Positions 26,549-32,962 of a stretch of 32,962 nt of DNA are shown here, one piece after another. The notes beneath the pieces were generated by a model. The model did not search any database. It saw nothing but the letters and a program-made list of their open reading frames with translations, and was not told the origin of the DNA. The stretch is taken from IMG/VR virus record IMGVR_UViG_3300025057_000030, positions 1 to 32,962 of that record, one strand, 5' to 3'. The position numbers and the translations under genes are program-made. The first letter of the stretch is position 1; each line of letters starts with the position of its first letter. The stretch comes from a virus (Duplodnaviria > Caudoviricetes).

Positions 26549-27792
26549 TGCCCCTCCACAAAGCGCCCGAATTGAGGTTGAAAAGTCAAGTTGACGGTTC
26601 CTGTTGGTCCGTTGCGTTGTTTCCCGACTATGATTTCGGCGTCGTGGTCGCGCTGGCGGTCGGAGTCTTCGCCGTTGTAGACGCAGTCCCGATACACGAA
26701 AAGAATCTTGTCGGCGTCCTGTTCAACCGCGCCAGATTCGCGAAGGTCGGAAGGCAAGGGGCGCTTGTCTTTGCGTTTTTCGAGGTCGCGGTTCAATTGT
26801 GACAGGACAATCACGGGCGATTTGTTACCGCGCGCCCATTCTTTGCACGCCTTGGACATCGCCGAAACTTGGAGTTGTCGATTCTCGAACTTGTCGGCGC
26901 GCGTCATGCCTGGAACAAGCTGCAGGTAGTCAATGACCGGGATTCGCCCTTTCGAGCGGTGCAACATTTCCGACAGCGTCAACCCGCCTCTATCCTCAAG
27001 TCGGAGATCCATGACCCCGCCAAACTGGTCAACAGCGCCTTGCCAGCGCTTCAACGCTTCGGTCGGCTGTAGAATGTGATGGTTCGGGATGTCGCAGAGA
27101 ATGGACAAGCAACGGTCGAGAACTTCGTCCGCGCCCATTTCCATCGAATAGAAGTCAACTCCGCGTTGCATCGACAAAGCAAGTGCCAGACAAAGCGCGA
27201 GCGCTGTTTTTCCCATACCAGGGCGGGCCGCAATCACAATCAACTCACCGTCACGAAACCCGCCTTGCATGAGTTTATTCAGCGTTCCCCACGTCGTTTG
27301 AAGCACGTGCTTTTGTGGAATGCCGATGTTGTCGATCAGGTGTTGAAACCGGGCCTTCAATCGCTCGGAAAATGGAACGACTTCGACAACCTCTGTCGAT
27401 GGCATTCCTTCAATCAACTCTTGCATTTGCTCGGGCGTTGCGCCCTTTGCAACGGCTTCCGACATCATGCGTTGACGTGCAAGCCCTGCTAGGTAATGGA
27501 CTGTGATCTCGAGATCGGCAACGCTTTTCCCTGCGTTGATCCACTGGTCGAGGATTTCAAGGGCCTGTGACATGAATTTGTGGAAATTGTCAGGCGCGTT
27601 TGGTTTCTCTACGATGGAAACCGGATCTTTCAGGTTATCGAGTGCGACGGCTTCCCACACAAAGCGGGTTTCAGGTTGTGCGAACAGGTCTGCGCCGAAT
27701 GTACCCATAGCCGCCAGCGCAGGGCCTCGCAGACTCTCATAGAGCAGACAAGCGGCGACCTGCATTTCGTGAATCGGGCTTGTGTTGTTCAT
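26545..27792 (-). CDS. dnaB: Replicative DNA helicase, DnaB family
   Basis: AARPGMGKT, YSMEM, VIDYLQL, LSQLNR...RPLPSDLRESGAVEQDAD, KQRNGPTG. Confidence 0.97.
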   Translation of the reverse strand: MNNTSPIHEMQVAACLLYESLRGPALAAMGTFGADLFAQPETRFVWEAVALDNLKDPVSIVEKPNAPDNFHKFMSQALEILDQWINAGKSVADLEITVHYLAGLARQRMMSEAVAKGATPEQMQELIEGMPSTEVVEVVPFSERLKARFQHLIDNIGIPQKHVLQTTWGTLNKLMQGGFRDGELIVIAARPGMGKTALALCLALALSMQRGVDFYSMEMGADEVLDRCLSILCDIPNHHILQPTEALKRWQGAVDQFGGVMDLRLEDRGGLTLSEMLHRSKGRIPVIDYLQLVPGMTRADKFENRQLQVSAMSKACKEWARGNKSPVIVLSQLNRDLEKRKDKRPLPSDLRESGAVEQDADKILFVYRDCVYNGEDSDRQRDHDAEIIVGKQRNGPTGTVNLTFQPQFGRFVEGQ

Positions 27793-28427
27793 TCGTCCAC
27801 CTCCACCACGCCACGGGCTACAGGGTCGAAGCCATCGGGGAAGAGAGTGTGCTGGTTGTATGTGGCACCGTTCAGGTTTGCACCTCTCAGGTTTGCACCG
27901 TTCAGGTTTGCACCGTTCAGGTTTGCATCACTCAGGTTTGCGCCGAACAGGTTTGCACCGTTCAGGTTTGCATCACTCAGGTTTGCGCCGAACAGGTCTG
28001 TCCATCTAAGGTTTGCATCACTCAGGTTTGCGCCGAACAGGTCTGCACCTCTCAGGTCTGCGCCGAACAGGTTTGCACCTCTCAGGTTTGCACCGTTCAG
28101 GTCTGTCCATCTAAGGTTTGCGCAGAACAGGTTTGCATCACTCAGGTCTTTCATACTGAATCGGCACTCTTTATACACGGCTACCTCTGTGTGTCTGTTG
28201 CTGTGGCGTTCCAGTGCAGTGGCAATCTCACGCTGACGATCCGCCCATGCTTTCAGACCCGGTAGACTAGCCTCTGCCATGTCCCACATCATATCTGACA
28301 GACAGGCCGCACAGATTGCCGAGCGGTTGGCGGGTGTGTCAGGCAGGCACAGCAGTTGACGAAGGTTGTTTACGTCTGTGTTGCTCATTGGACTTGTGTT
28401 TGTGGTGTTTGGTGTGTTATCTCTCAA
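27789..28427 (-). CDS. Pentapeptide repeat protein
   Basis: ANL/ADL/TDL pentapeptide array with cap GATYNQHTLFPDGFDPV; TTG start with GAGGGG RBS; ATGA-coupled to dnaB. Confidence 0.85.
   Translation of the reverse strand: MRDNTPNTTNTSPMSNTDVNNLRQLLCLPDTPANRSAICAACLSDMMWDMAEASLPGLKAWADRQREIATALERHSNRHTEVAVYKECRFSMKDLSDANLFCANLRWTDLNGANLRGANLFGADLRGADLFGANLSDANLRWTDLFGANLSDANLNGANLFGANLSDANLNGANLNGANLRGANLNGATYNQHTLFPDGFDPVARGVVEVDE
27865..28147 (-). repeat. 15-bp period tandem repeat encoding pentapeptide repeats
   Basis: caggtttgc units every 15 nt, with exact multi-unit duplications such as ttcaggtttgcatcactcaggtttgcgccgaacagg twice. Confidence 0.92.
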
Positions 28428-28440
28428 TTGAGATCCCCTC

Positions 28441-28791
28441 TCAAAAAGGTAGGTGTTTCAGGGCGTCCGGTTTTTCCGTTTTCTGGTCGCCCTGGACACT
28501 TCCCTTGGTTTCTGGTTTCGACTGCGACTGCTTTCCGAATTTCGGCTTGATTCCCCACCGCGCTTTTCGACTTCCCTTTTTTGTCAATGAAACAATCGCG
28601 CCGATACTGGCGAGGCGTTCAAAGGATGCGCGAAGTTGTCTTTCTGTGAAGCCGACTTGCGAGGCGGTCGCCTTGCGCGGCGCGGAGTAAACCCCGGATC
28701 GGTCGCTTTCCCACGACAGGAACGACCAGAGCCCGAGGTCTTCAACCGTGATTTCGCCAGCACTAACGGCTTGCATGATCCGCGCAATCAC
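28441..28791 (-). CDS. Winged-helix protein resembling the N-terminal domain of phage replication initiators
   Basis: LGLWSFL...RKATASQVGFTERQLRASFERLASIGAI wHTH pattern; between the recombinase and dnaB. Confidence 0.55.
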   Translation of the reverse strand: MIARIMQAVSAGEITVEDLGLWSFLSWESDRSGVYSAPRKATASQVGFTERQLRASFERLASIGAIVSLTKKGSRKARWGIKPKFGKQSQSKPETKGSVQGDQKTEKPDALKHLPF

Positions 28792-29798
28792 GCCGCGTTT
28801 TCCTGTGTCCAGAGGATTGCAGACCAGTAGGAACAGCCGACCGCAAGGTATTTCATGTCGCGCATCTTGTGAAATTCTGCTTTTTCGTGTTCGTTTGGTT
28901 CGCGCCCGAGGGCGTCAATCATGCGGGCGACATCGGCGGATTGAAGGTCTTTGTGTGACGAAGCTCCGAAGACTGCGTCGATGATTCGGTTGTGTTGCTC
29001 TTTAGAAATGCCACGTTCGCCCAACAATGCAAACAGCTTTCCGCGTTGCTTGTCTGTCATGGGCGCGGGGCCTGCGACTGCGACCTCTCCGCGGCGAGCC
29101 TTGTAGATTTTGCGGAGGGCTGCAACTGCGTTTTCAGAACCGTACTTTGCTGGATTCGCGCCGATTGTTTTCCCGAGGGTATCGAGGCGACCGATGCTGT
29201 CTGCGCTGGCGATGTCGTCGCGCATATCAAGCCACTGTTCGCGGGCGTATTTCTTCGATTGAAGGTCTTTGTCGTTGGGAAAATCTCGTTCAATCAGGGG
29301 CCAAACATCCGACAAGGCTTGTCGAGATCCAGCCCGCGAAATTGCAATTTCGGCTTTCGTGCGAAGGTCAACCTTAGGCTGTGACTGTTTTGTGACTGTC
29401 GGTTGCTCTCCGACCAGAACGGCCCCGGATTCCTCGAACAAAGGCAATTCAATATCGAGCGCAAGGCGAAGGGCGCGACCTGTGGCACGGGTGCAAGCAT
29501 GACCTAACAAGGCGTGATTTCCACCGCGCTTTCCAACGGGCGAACCGTGCGACGAACCGTATTCGACGAAGATCCGGTCGCCTGGCATCGTGACAGAGCA
29601 CTGGACATAGAAAACGCCTTCGTCGGGCTTGCACCAATCCCAAACGGGCGCGCATTCGATGGTTTGCACGTCGGCGCGCTGTGCCAACACTCGCAGCCCT
29701 GCCACGGTGACATAGAGCTTTCCGGACAGGCTTTGAACGTGCCCGAGTTGTTCCGACAGGTTGAGTTTTTCGGTGTATTGTTGCGGATTCATTTTCAT
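28788..29798 (-). CDS. Putative single-strand annealing/recombination protein
   Basis: YVTVAGLRVLA and HACTRATGRALRLAL N-terminal motifs; C-terminal MTDKQRGKLFAL...KDLQSADVARMIDAL module common in phage SSAPs. Confidence 0.6.
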   Translation of the reverse strand: MKMNPQQYTEKLNLSEQLGHVQSLSGKLYVTVAGLRVLAQRADVQTIECAPVWDWCKPDEGVFYVQCSVTMPGDRIFVEYGSSHGSPVGKRGGNHALLGHACTRATGRALRLALDIELPLFEESGAVLVGEQPTVTKQSQPKVDLRTKAEIAISRAGSRQALSDVWPLIERDFPNDKDLQSKKYAREQWLDMRDDIASADSIGRLDTLGKTIGANPAKYGSENAVAALRKIYKARRGEVAVAGPAPMTDKQRGKLFALLGERGISKEQHNRIIDAVFGASSHKDLQSADVARMIDALGREPNEHEKAEFHKMRDMKYLAVGCSYWSAILWTQENAA

Positions 29799-30019
29799 TT
29801 TTTGATTCCTTCGATGATAGCGATTGTGCGTTTCAGGGCGTTGTTTCGTTTGAGGATTTCGTCGTTGACGTTCCCGAGGTGTTTCCCGATCTGCAACACA
29901 CAGTCGAGTTGAAAGTTTGTCATTGGGCCAGCGTTGACCAGTCTGTTCAACAGGCGCGTTGCGGCTTGCAATTCCTTCGCCATTTCGAGGCGCGAACGGG
30001 CTTCGTTCATGTCAACCAT
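29795..30019 (-). CDS. Hypothetical helical protein (74 aa)
   Basis: Overlaps both neighbours in the early operon. Confidence 0.6.
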   Translation of the reverse strand: MVDMNEARSRLEMAKELQAATRLLNRLVNAGPMTNFQLDCVLQIGKHLGNVNDEILKRNNALKRTIAIIEGIKK

Positions 30020-30308
30020 GATTCACCCCAAACACGACGTTGTGCCATTCGTCGGCAGCGTCGAACCATGCTTTTTCTGCGAGCTCGAACAGGTCTGCGA
30101 GGTCTGCGATAGCGTCGCAGTTGATCTTGTCTTCGTGACGTTCGCAGAAGTCGCGACACTTTTCCGCCGTCTCCGCGTAGGTTGCGGAGTTGTCGCCAGT
30201 GACGAACACAGACAGGCGATTGACTTCCGACCAGACGGGGCTTGCTGTGGACGGGTTGTTGTTCAGGGCTTCGATGGTTGCATCGATTCGTTGTTGCAAG
30301 GTTTTCAT
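30012..30308 (-). CDS. Hypothetical acidic protein (98 aa)
   Basis: AAGGA RBS; contiguous operon. Confidence 0.65.
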   Translation of the reverse strand: MKTLQQRIDATIEALNNNPSTASPVWSEVNRLSVFVTGDNSATYAETAEKCRDFCERHEDKINCDAIADLADLFELAEKAWFDAADEWHNVVFGVNHG

Positions 30309-30347
30309 GCTTTTTCCTTCTTTGCGTCTGTGATGTTCATTGTGTGT

Positions 30348-30563
30348 TTAGTCAACTTGTGTCCAAACTCGGACTCTGTAGAAATCAGCGTGAGTCTTCT
30401 CACAGAATGCGTGACCCGCGTCGTCAAAGACGAGGCTCCGGCCCCGTGACTGCATAAAATCCTGAAGTTTGACCACTGCGTCACGCAGCGTAAATGCCTG
30501 CACCTTGTAACACTCACAGATGCCACTCTGCGGCTCGTGCTCAATCCATGTAAATGTTTTCAT
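30348..30563 (-). CDS. Hypothetical protein (71 aa)
   Basis: ATG 30563 preceded by a G9-AGAG purine tract. Confidence 0.6.
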   Translation of the reverse strand: MKTFTWIEHEPQSGICECYKVQAFTLRDAVVKLQDFMQSRGRSLVFDDAGHAFCEKTHADFYRVRVWTQVD

Positions 30564-30577
30564 CTCTCCCCCCCCCT

Positions 30578-31039
30578 TCACTTTGCGTTTTCGATTTCGT
30601 GGCGACAAATGCTCACCAGGTGATGAAAAAGCGAACTTTCTTGTGCTTCTTCCACAGTAAGGGGGCGGTCAGGCATTTGCGGATCGTATCGGGCGACAAG
30701 GTCTGCGATAGCTTCGTTGTTGACCTCGCCAGCCGTAACGAGGCGAAAGGGCTTGCCTTGACAGGTGACGACAAACGAAAAAGATTCGTCGTTGTAGCGG
30801 TGTTCTGTGTAATCCATGTTGTAGGCGATGACTTTCTTACCGACACAAGCAAGGCTCGGGCCTTCCTCCGCCCATTTCGCTTTGTAGTCGTGCAAGAGGA
30901 ATTCACCGTTGAGCAAGAGGTCAATCGCCTCCGAGACAACGTCCTTTTTGAAGGGCTTTCGCCCGGTTCGCTGGCGGCGGAGGGCCTGCAGGTCTGCGAT
31001 GGCGGTGTAAGTTTCGGGGCTGAGTTGTACGGGTTTCAT
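30578..31039 (-). CDS. Protein with N-terminal ribbon-helix-helix-like DNA-binding domain
   Basis: MKPVQLSPETYTAIADLQ...KKDVVSEAIDLLL; ATG 31039 with CGGAG RBS. Confidence 0.6.
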   Translation of the reverse strand: MKPVQLSPETYTAIADLQALRRQRTGRKPFKKDVVSEAIDLLLNGEFLLHDYKAKWAEEGPSLACVGKKVIAYNMDYTEHRYNDESFSFVVTCQGKPFRLVTAGEVNNEAIADLVARYDPQMPDRPLTVEEAQESSLFHHLVSICRHEIENAK

Positions 31040-31062
31040 GGTTCGATTCTCCGTTTTTTGTG

Positions 31063-31134
31063 TTTGCATCCCATACACTCGAAAGTGTTTCGACTCTCGC
31101 CAGAGTCTCATCAGTGGGTTTATTTTTCTGCAAA
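31063..31134 (-). ncRNA. Type I hammerhead ribozyme
   Basis: Minus strand: CCCA CUGAUGA GACUCU-GGCG-AGAGUC GAAA CACU-UUCG-AGUG UA UGGG; complete core, perfect stems I-III, GUA cleavage triplet; distal UUUGCA/UGCAAA extension of stem I. Confidence 0.93.
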
Positions 31135-31371
31135 TACCCTTCCGAATCTGTCTCTTGTGATCTTGGTATATGTTGGCGCGCTGGCGGAGTATCCATCATT
31201 CAAAAAACTTCTGTACACTTTTCGCGCCTCTTCGATAGACTTTGTCTCGATTCGGTCGTAGTCGCACTGGCGATAGACGACAGTAACGCTTTCACCTTCG
31301 CAGACAAAAGAAATATCCATGATGTGTGCCGATGTCTTTGCTTTGCTGTTTTTCAGTCCAAACGCCTTCAT
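31120..31371 (-). CDS. Hypothetical protein, first gene of the early arm (83 aa)
   Basis: ATG 31371 with CGGAG RBS; stop TAA lies 1 nt before the proximal stem I of the ribozyme. Confidence 0.7.
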   Translation of the reverse strand: MKAFGLKNSKAKTSAHIMDISFVCEGESVTVVYRQCDYDRIETKSIEEARKVYRSFLNDGYSASAPTYTKITRDRFGRVFAEK

Positions 31372-31535
31372 GTTTTTCTCCGTTTGTGTGTTGCGTTGTG
31401 TGCCTTTCGAGTACTGTTCTCCCACAGAACACCAATACCGTCAAGTAAAAATATAAAGAAAATATAGATTATTTTATACTGCCTTGATATTGCATTGCTT
31501 TTTCGACTGGTAAAAAACACACAAAAACAGTCCGC

Positions 31536-31658
31536 GCCCATGAACCGGCCCATGAAAGCGCCCATGAAAAAACCTTGCAACCGTTCAAAAACAAAGGCTT
31601 TTCAGGATTGGTTGAACCAATTTCTGCCCTCGAATCGGCCCATGAACCGGCCCATGAA
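31536..31658. repeat. Five GCCCATGAA direct repeats (iteron-like)
   Basis: Copies at 31536, 31548, 31560 and 31638, 31650, 12-bp period within each cluster; AT-rich tract at about 31441-31530. Confidence 0.85.
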
Positions 31659-31700
31659 GGTCTACAGCTACCTGAAAACATTAAAGAAAAACACCCTCCC

Positions 31701-31801
31701 CTTATACCTTAGTATAAGAAAGTTTTTCCCTTCAGGAAAAGCCTTTCTTAGTCGGTACTGCACTTGCGCCTTGTGGGGCGAAGTGCCCGACCCTTAGGCT
31801 T
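31701..31801. other. Cluster of inverted repeats beside the iteron-like repeats
   Basis: CTTATAC/GTATAAG (31701-31718), TTTTCC/GGAAAA (31724-31740), nested AAGCCT/AGGCTT, GTCGG/CCGAC, GCACTT/AAGTGC, CGCC/GGCG (31739-31801). Confidence 0.7.
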
Positions 31802-31900
31802 CGCTTTTCGTGCGCTGGTTTGGGAATAGAATCGTTGTGTTGTGTTGTGTGTCGTTTTGTGGTACGGTGCAAGGGGTTCTTTGAAAACGGAGGAAACGGA

Positions 31901-32524
31901 ATGAAAAAGAAAACAGTGCGACATGAAACTATCGAAAAGGCTCTTACAGTCACAAGAAAAGTCGCAAAGGCCGCACACATGGCAAAAATCCCATGGTATC
32001 AGGCTTGCGAGGTTGTCGGCAGTTCAAACGACCGTTCTACCAAGGTTGTTCGGGACTGGAAACAGGGGATCTTGGAAGAAAGAAGCGTTCCACTTGCAAA
32101 ACAAATCATCGACTTGATCTTGTCGGTCAACTCGCAACGCTACGCGGGAAGAAAGTCAAATCCCCGTTACGCAACATGGGCGGACGTTGGCCCTTTCGGT
32201 GGCGAGTCGAAATCCAGTGGGGGGAAAGAAGATCAACCGTCGTCGTCAAGTTGTTCTGTGATGTTTGGCATGGATTGCGACGATTATGCAGTGTTGAAAA
32301 AGCTGGCAAGCGACGAAGGGCTTCAACCCGCCATTCTCGCCCGTCGTCTTTTGTTGAAACAACTCAATCGCCCGGCTCTCGACCTTCCATTCTCCAGCAT
32401 TGACACAAAAACGCTGGACGTTGTCGCGCAGCTGGTCGGAAAAACAAGGGATGACGTTGTGTCGGAAGCCGTTCGCACTTATTGCAAGCAAGCCTTGGTA
32501 CAAGTCGCGGAGGGGATCGCATGA
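31901..32524 (+). CDS. Putative transcriptional regulator (HTH-like N-terminus, two RHH-like C-terminal units)
   Basis: ATG 31901 with GGAGG RBS; SVMFGMDCDDYAVLKKLASDEGLQPAILARRLL and LDLPFSSIDTKTLDVVAQLVGKTRDDVVSEAV. Confidence 0.6.
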   Translation: MKKKTVRHETIEKALTVTRKVAKAAHMAKIPWYQACEVVGSSNDRSTKVVRDWKQGILEERSVPLAKQIIDLILSVNSQRYAGRKSNPRYATWADVGPFGGESKSSGGKEDQPSSSSCSVMFGMDCDDYAVLKKLASDEGLQPAILARRLLLKQLNRPALDLPFSSIDTKTLDVVAQLVGKTRDDVVSEAVRTYCKQALVQVAEGIA

Positions 32525-32552
32525 CAACGATCTTTGCAAAGGAGAACAAGCA

Positions 32553-32783
32553 TTGAGTTACGACAAACGAATCCCGATTCGATTGACTTCCGACCAGCTG
32601 CGTCTGATTGACGAAGCCGCGGAAAAGTCTTACCATAGCAGGCGATCCGACTGGATGCGGGCCGCGCTTATGGCGGCTGCAGAGTTGGAACTAAGCCCGA
32701 TTCGTGAGGTGAAAGCCTGGCGAAAGTTCATTGACGACGCAAAGGAAAACACACCATGCCAGCAGGACGAAGGCGAAAACTAA
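32553..32783 (+). CDS. Ribbon-helix-helix (CopG-like) protein
   Basis: DKRIPIRLTSDQLRLIDEAAEKSYHSRRSDWMRAAL; TTG 32553 with AAGGAG RBS. Confidence 0.75.
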   Translation: MSYDKRIPIRLTSDQLRLIDEAAEKSYHSRRSDWMRAALMAAAELELSPIREVKAWRKFIDDAKENTPCQQDEGEN

Positions 32784-32962
32784 CGCCCGAGAAAATCGAG
32801 GAAATCTGCAAGTGGATCTCCGAGGGGCAGACGATAGAGGTGTCGGCGGGTCTATCGTGCGTTTCTCTGCGCTCGGTTATGAGTTGGCTAGAGCAGGGGC
32901 GAAACGCCGAAATCGCCGAGGAACAGGGCGAAAGTCTTACGGAAATGCAAGAGTTGTGTCTT
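32756..32962 (+). CDS. Second terminase small subunit-like HTH protein, 3'-truncated by the window edge
   Basis: MPAGRRRKLTPEKIEEICKWISEGQTIEVSAGLSCVSLRSVMSWLEQGRNAE...; AAGGA RBS; clear homolog of the gene at 3-437. Confidence 0.8.
   Translation, partial: MPAGRRRKLTPEKIEEICKWISEGQTIEVSAGLSCVSLRSVMSWLEQGRNAEIAEEQGESLTEMQELCL

Larger units (their letters stand above)
1..32962. mobile_element. Near-complete tailed bacteriophage genome (siphovirus-like: tail tube and tape measure, no sheath)
   Basis: terS-terL-portal-capsid-tail gene order on +, DnaB/recombination arm on -, stop/start overlaps throughout, no host housekeeping genes; both window ends fall inside terS-like genes. Confidence 0.95.

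Noticed and set aside
27865-28147. Tandem repeats as a CRISPR array or DGR template/variable pair
   Set aside because: No unique spacers, no cas genes, no reverse transcriptase and no adenine-specific variation; the repeats are coding
27580-28265. Long repetitive + strand ORFs (RFAP, QVCT and SGLH repeats)
   Set aside because: Antisense shadows of the 15-nt pentapeptide repeat; the minus frame has the RBS, coupling and known motif
31372-31445. A second ribozyme upstream of early gene 1 that would allow RNA circularisation
   Set aside because: Only a short GUUCU/AGAAC hairpin; no CUGANGA core found
31495-31797. 100-aa ORF across the iteron-like repeats (NRPMNRPMK)
   Set aside because: TTG start without a clear RBS; the peptide repeats mirror the DNA repeats. 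It may be a relic of an initiator linker, but this is unsupported
31410-31870. Specific sigma70 promoters (minus-strand TTGACG near 31444; plus-strand TTGTGT-17-TACGGT near 31840-31868)
   Set aside because: Plausible location, but one hexamer is weak in each case; not supportable without transcript data

Overview
The window is a near-complete genome of a tailed, siphovirus-like dsDNA bacteriophage with tightly coupled genes and no integrase, DNA polymerase, primase, tRNA or CRISPR array visible. The + strand (1-23256) carries terS, terL, a GH19 endolysin, a DNA methyltransferase, a PD-(D/E)XK nuclease, portal/head/neck genes, a tail tube, tail chaperones with a -1 frameshift, tape measure, tail tip, three paralogous GHDH-motif tail proteins and a membrane/lysis cluster. 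The - strand (31371-23253) is an early/replication arm with an SSAP-like recombinase, a short wHTH initiator-like protein, DnaB, two pentapeptide-repeat proteins and three paralogous Zn-finger proteins. A divergent control region (about 31372-31900) holds iteron-like repeats and hairpins. It is followed by RHH/HTH regulators and a second, diverged terS-like gene cut by the window end. The most notable items are a complete type I hammerhead ribozyme between the first two early genes, two TerS paralogs that differ mainly in the predicted HTH recognition helix, three separate paralog families, and an iteron-like origin lying outside the initiator-like gene. Protein calls come from motifs and gene order only; no database search was run.
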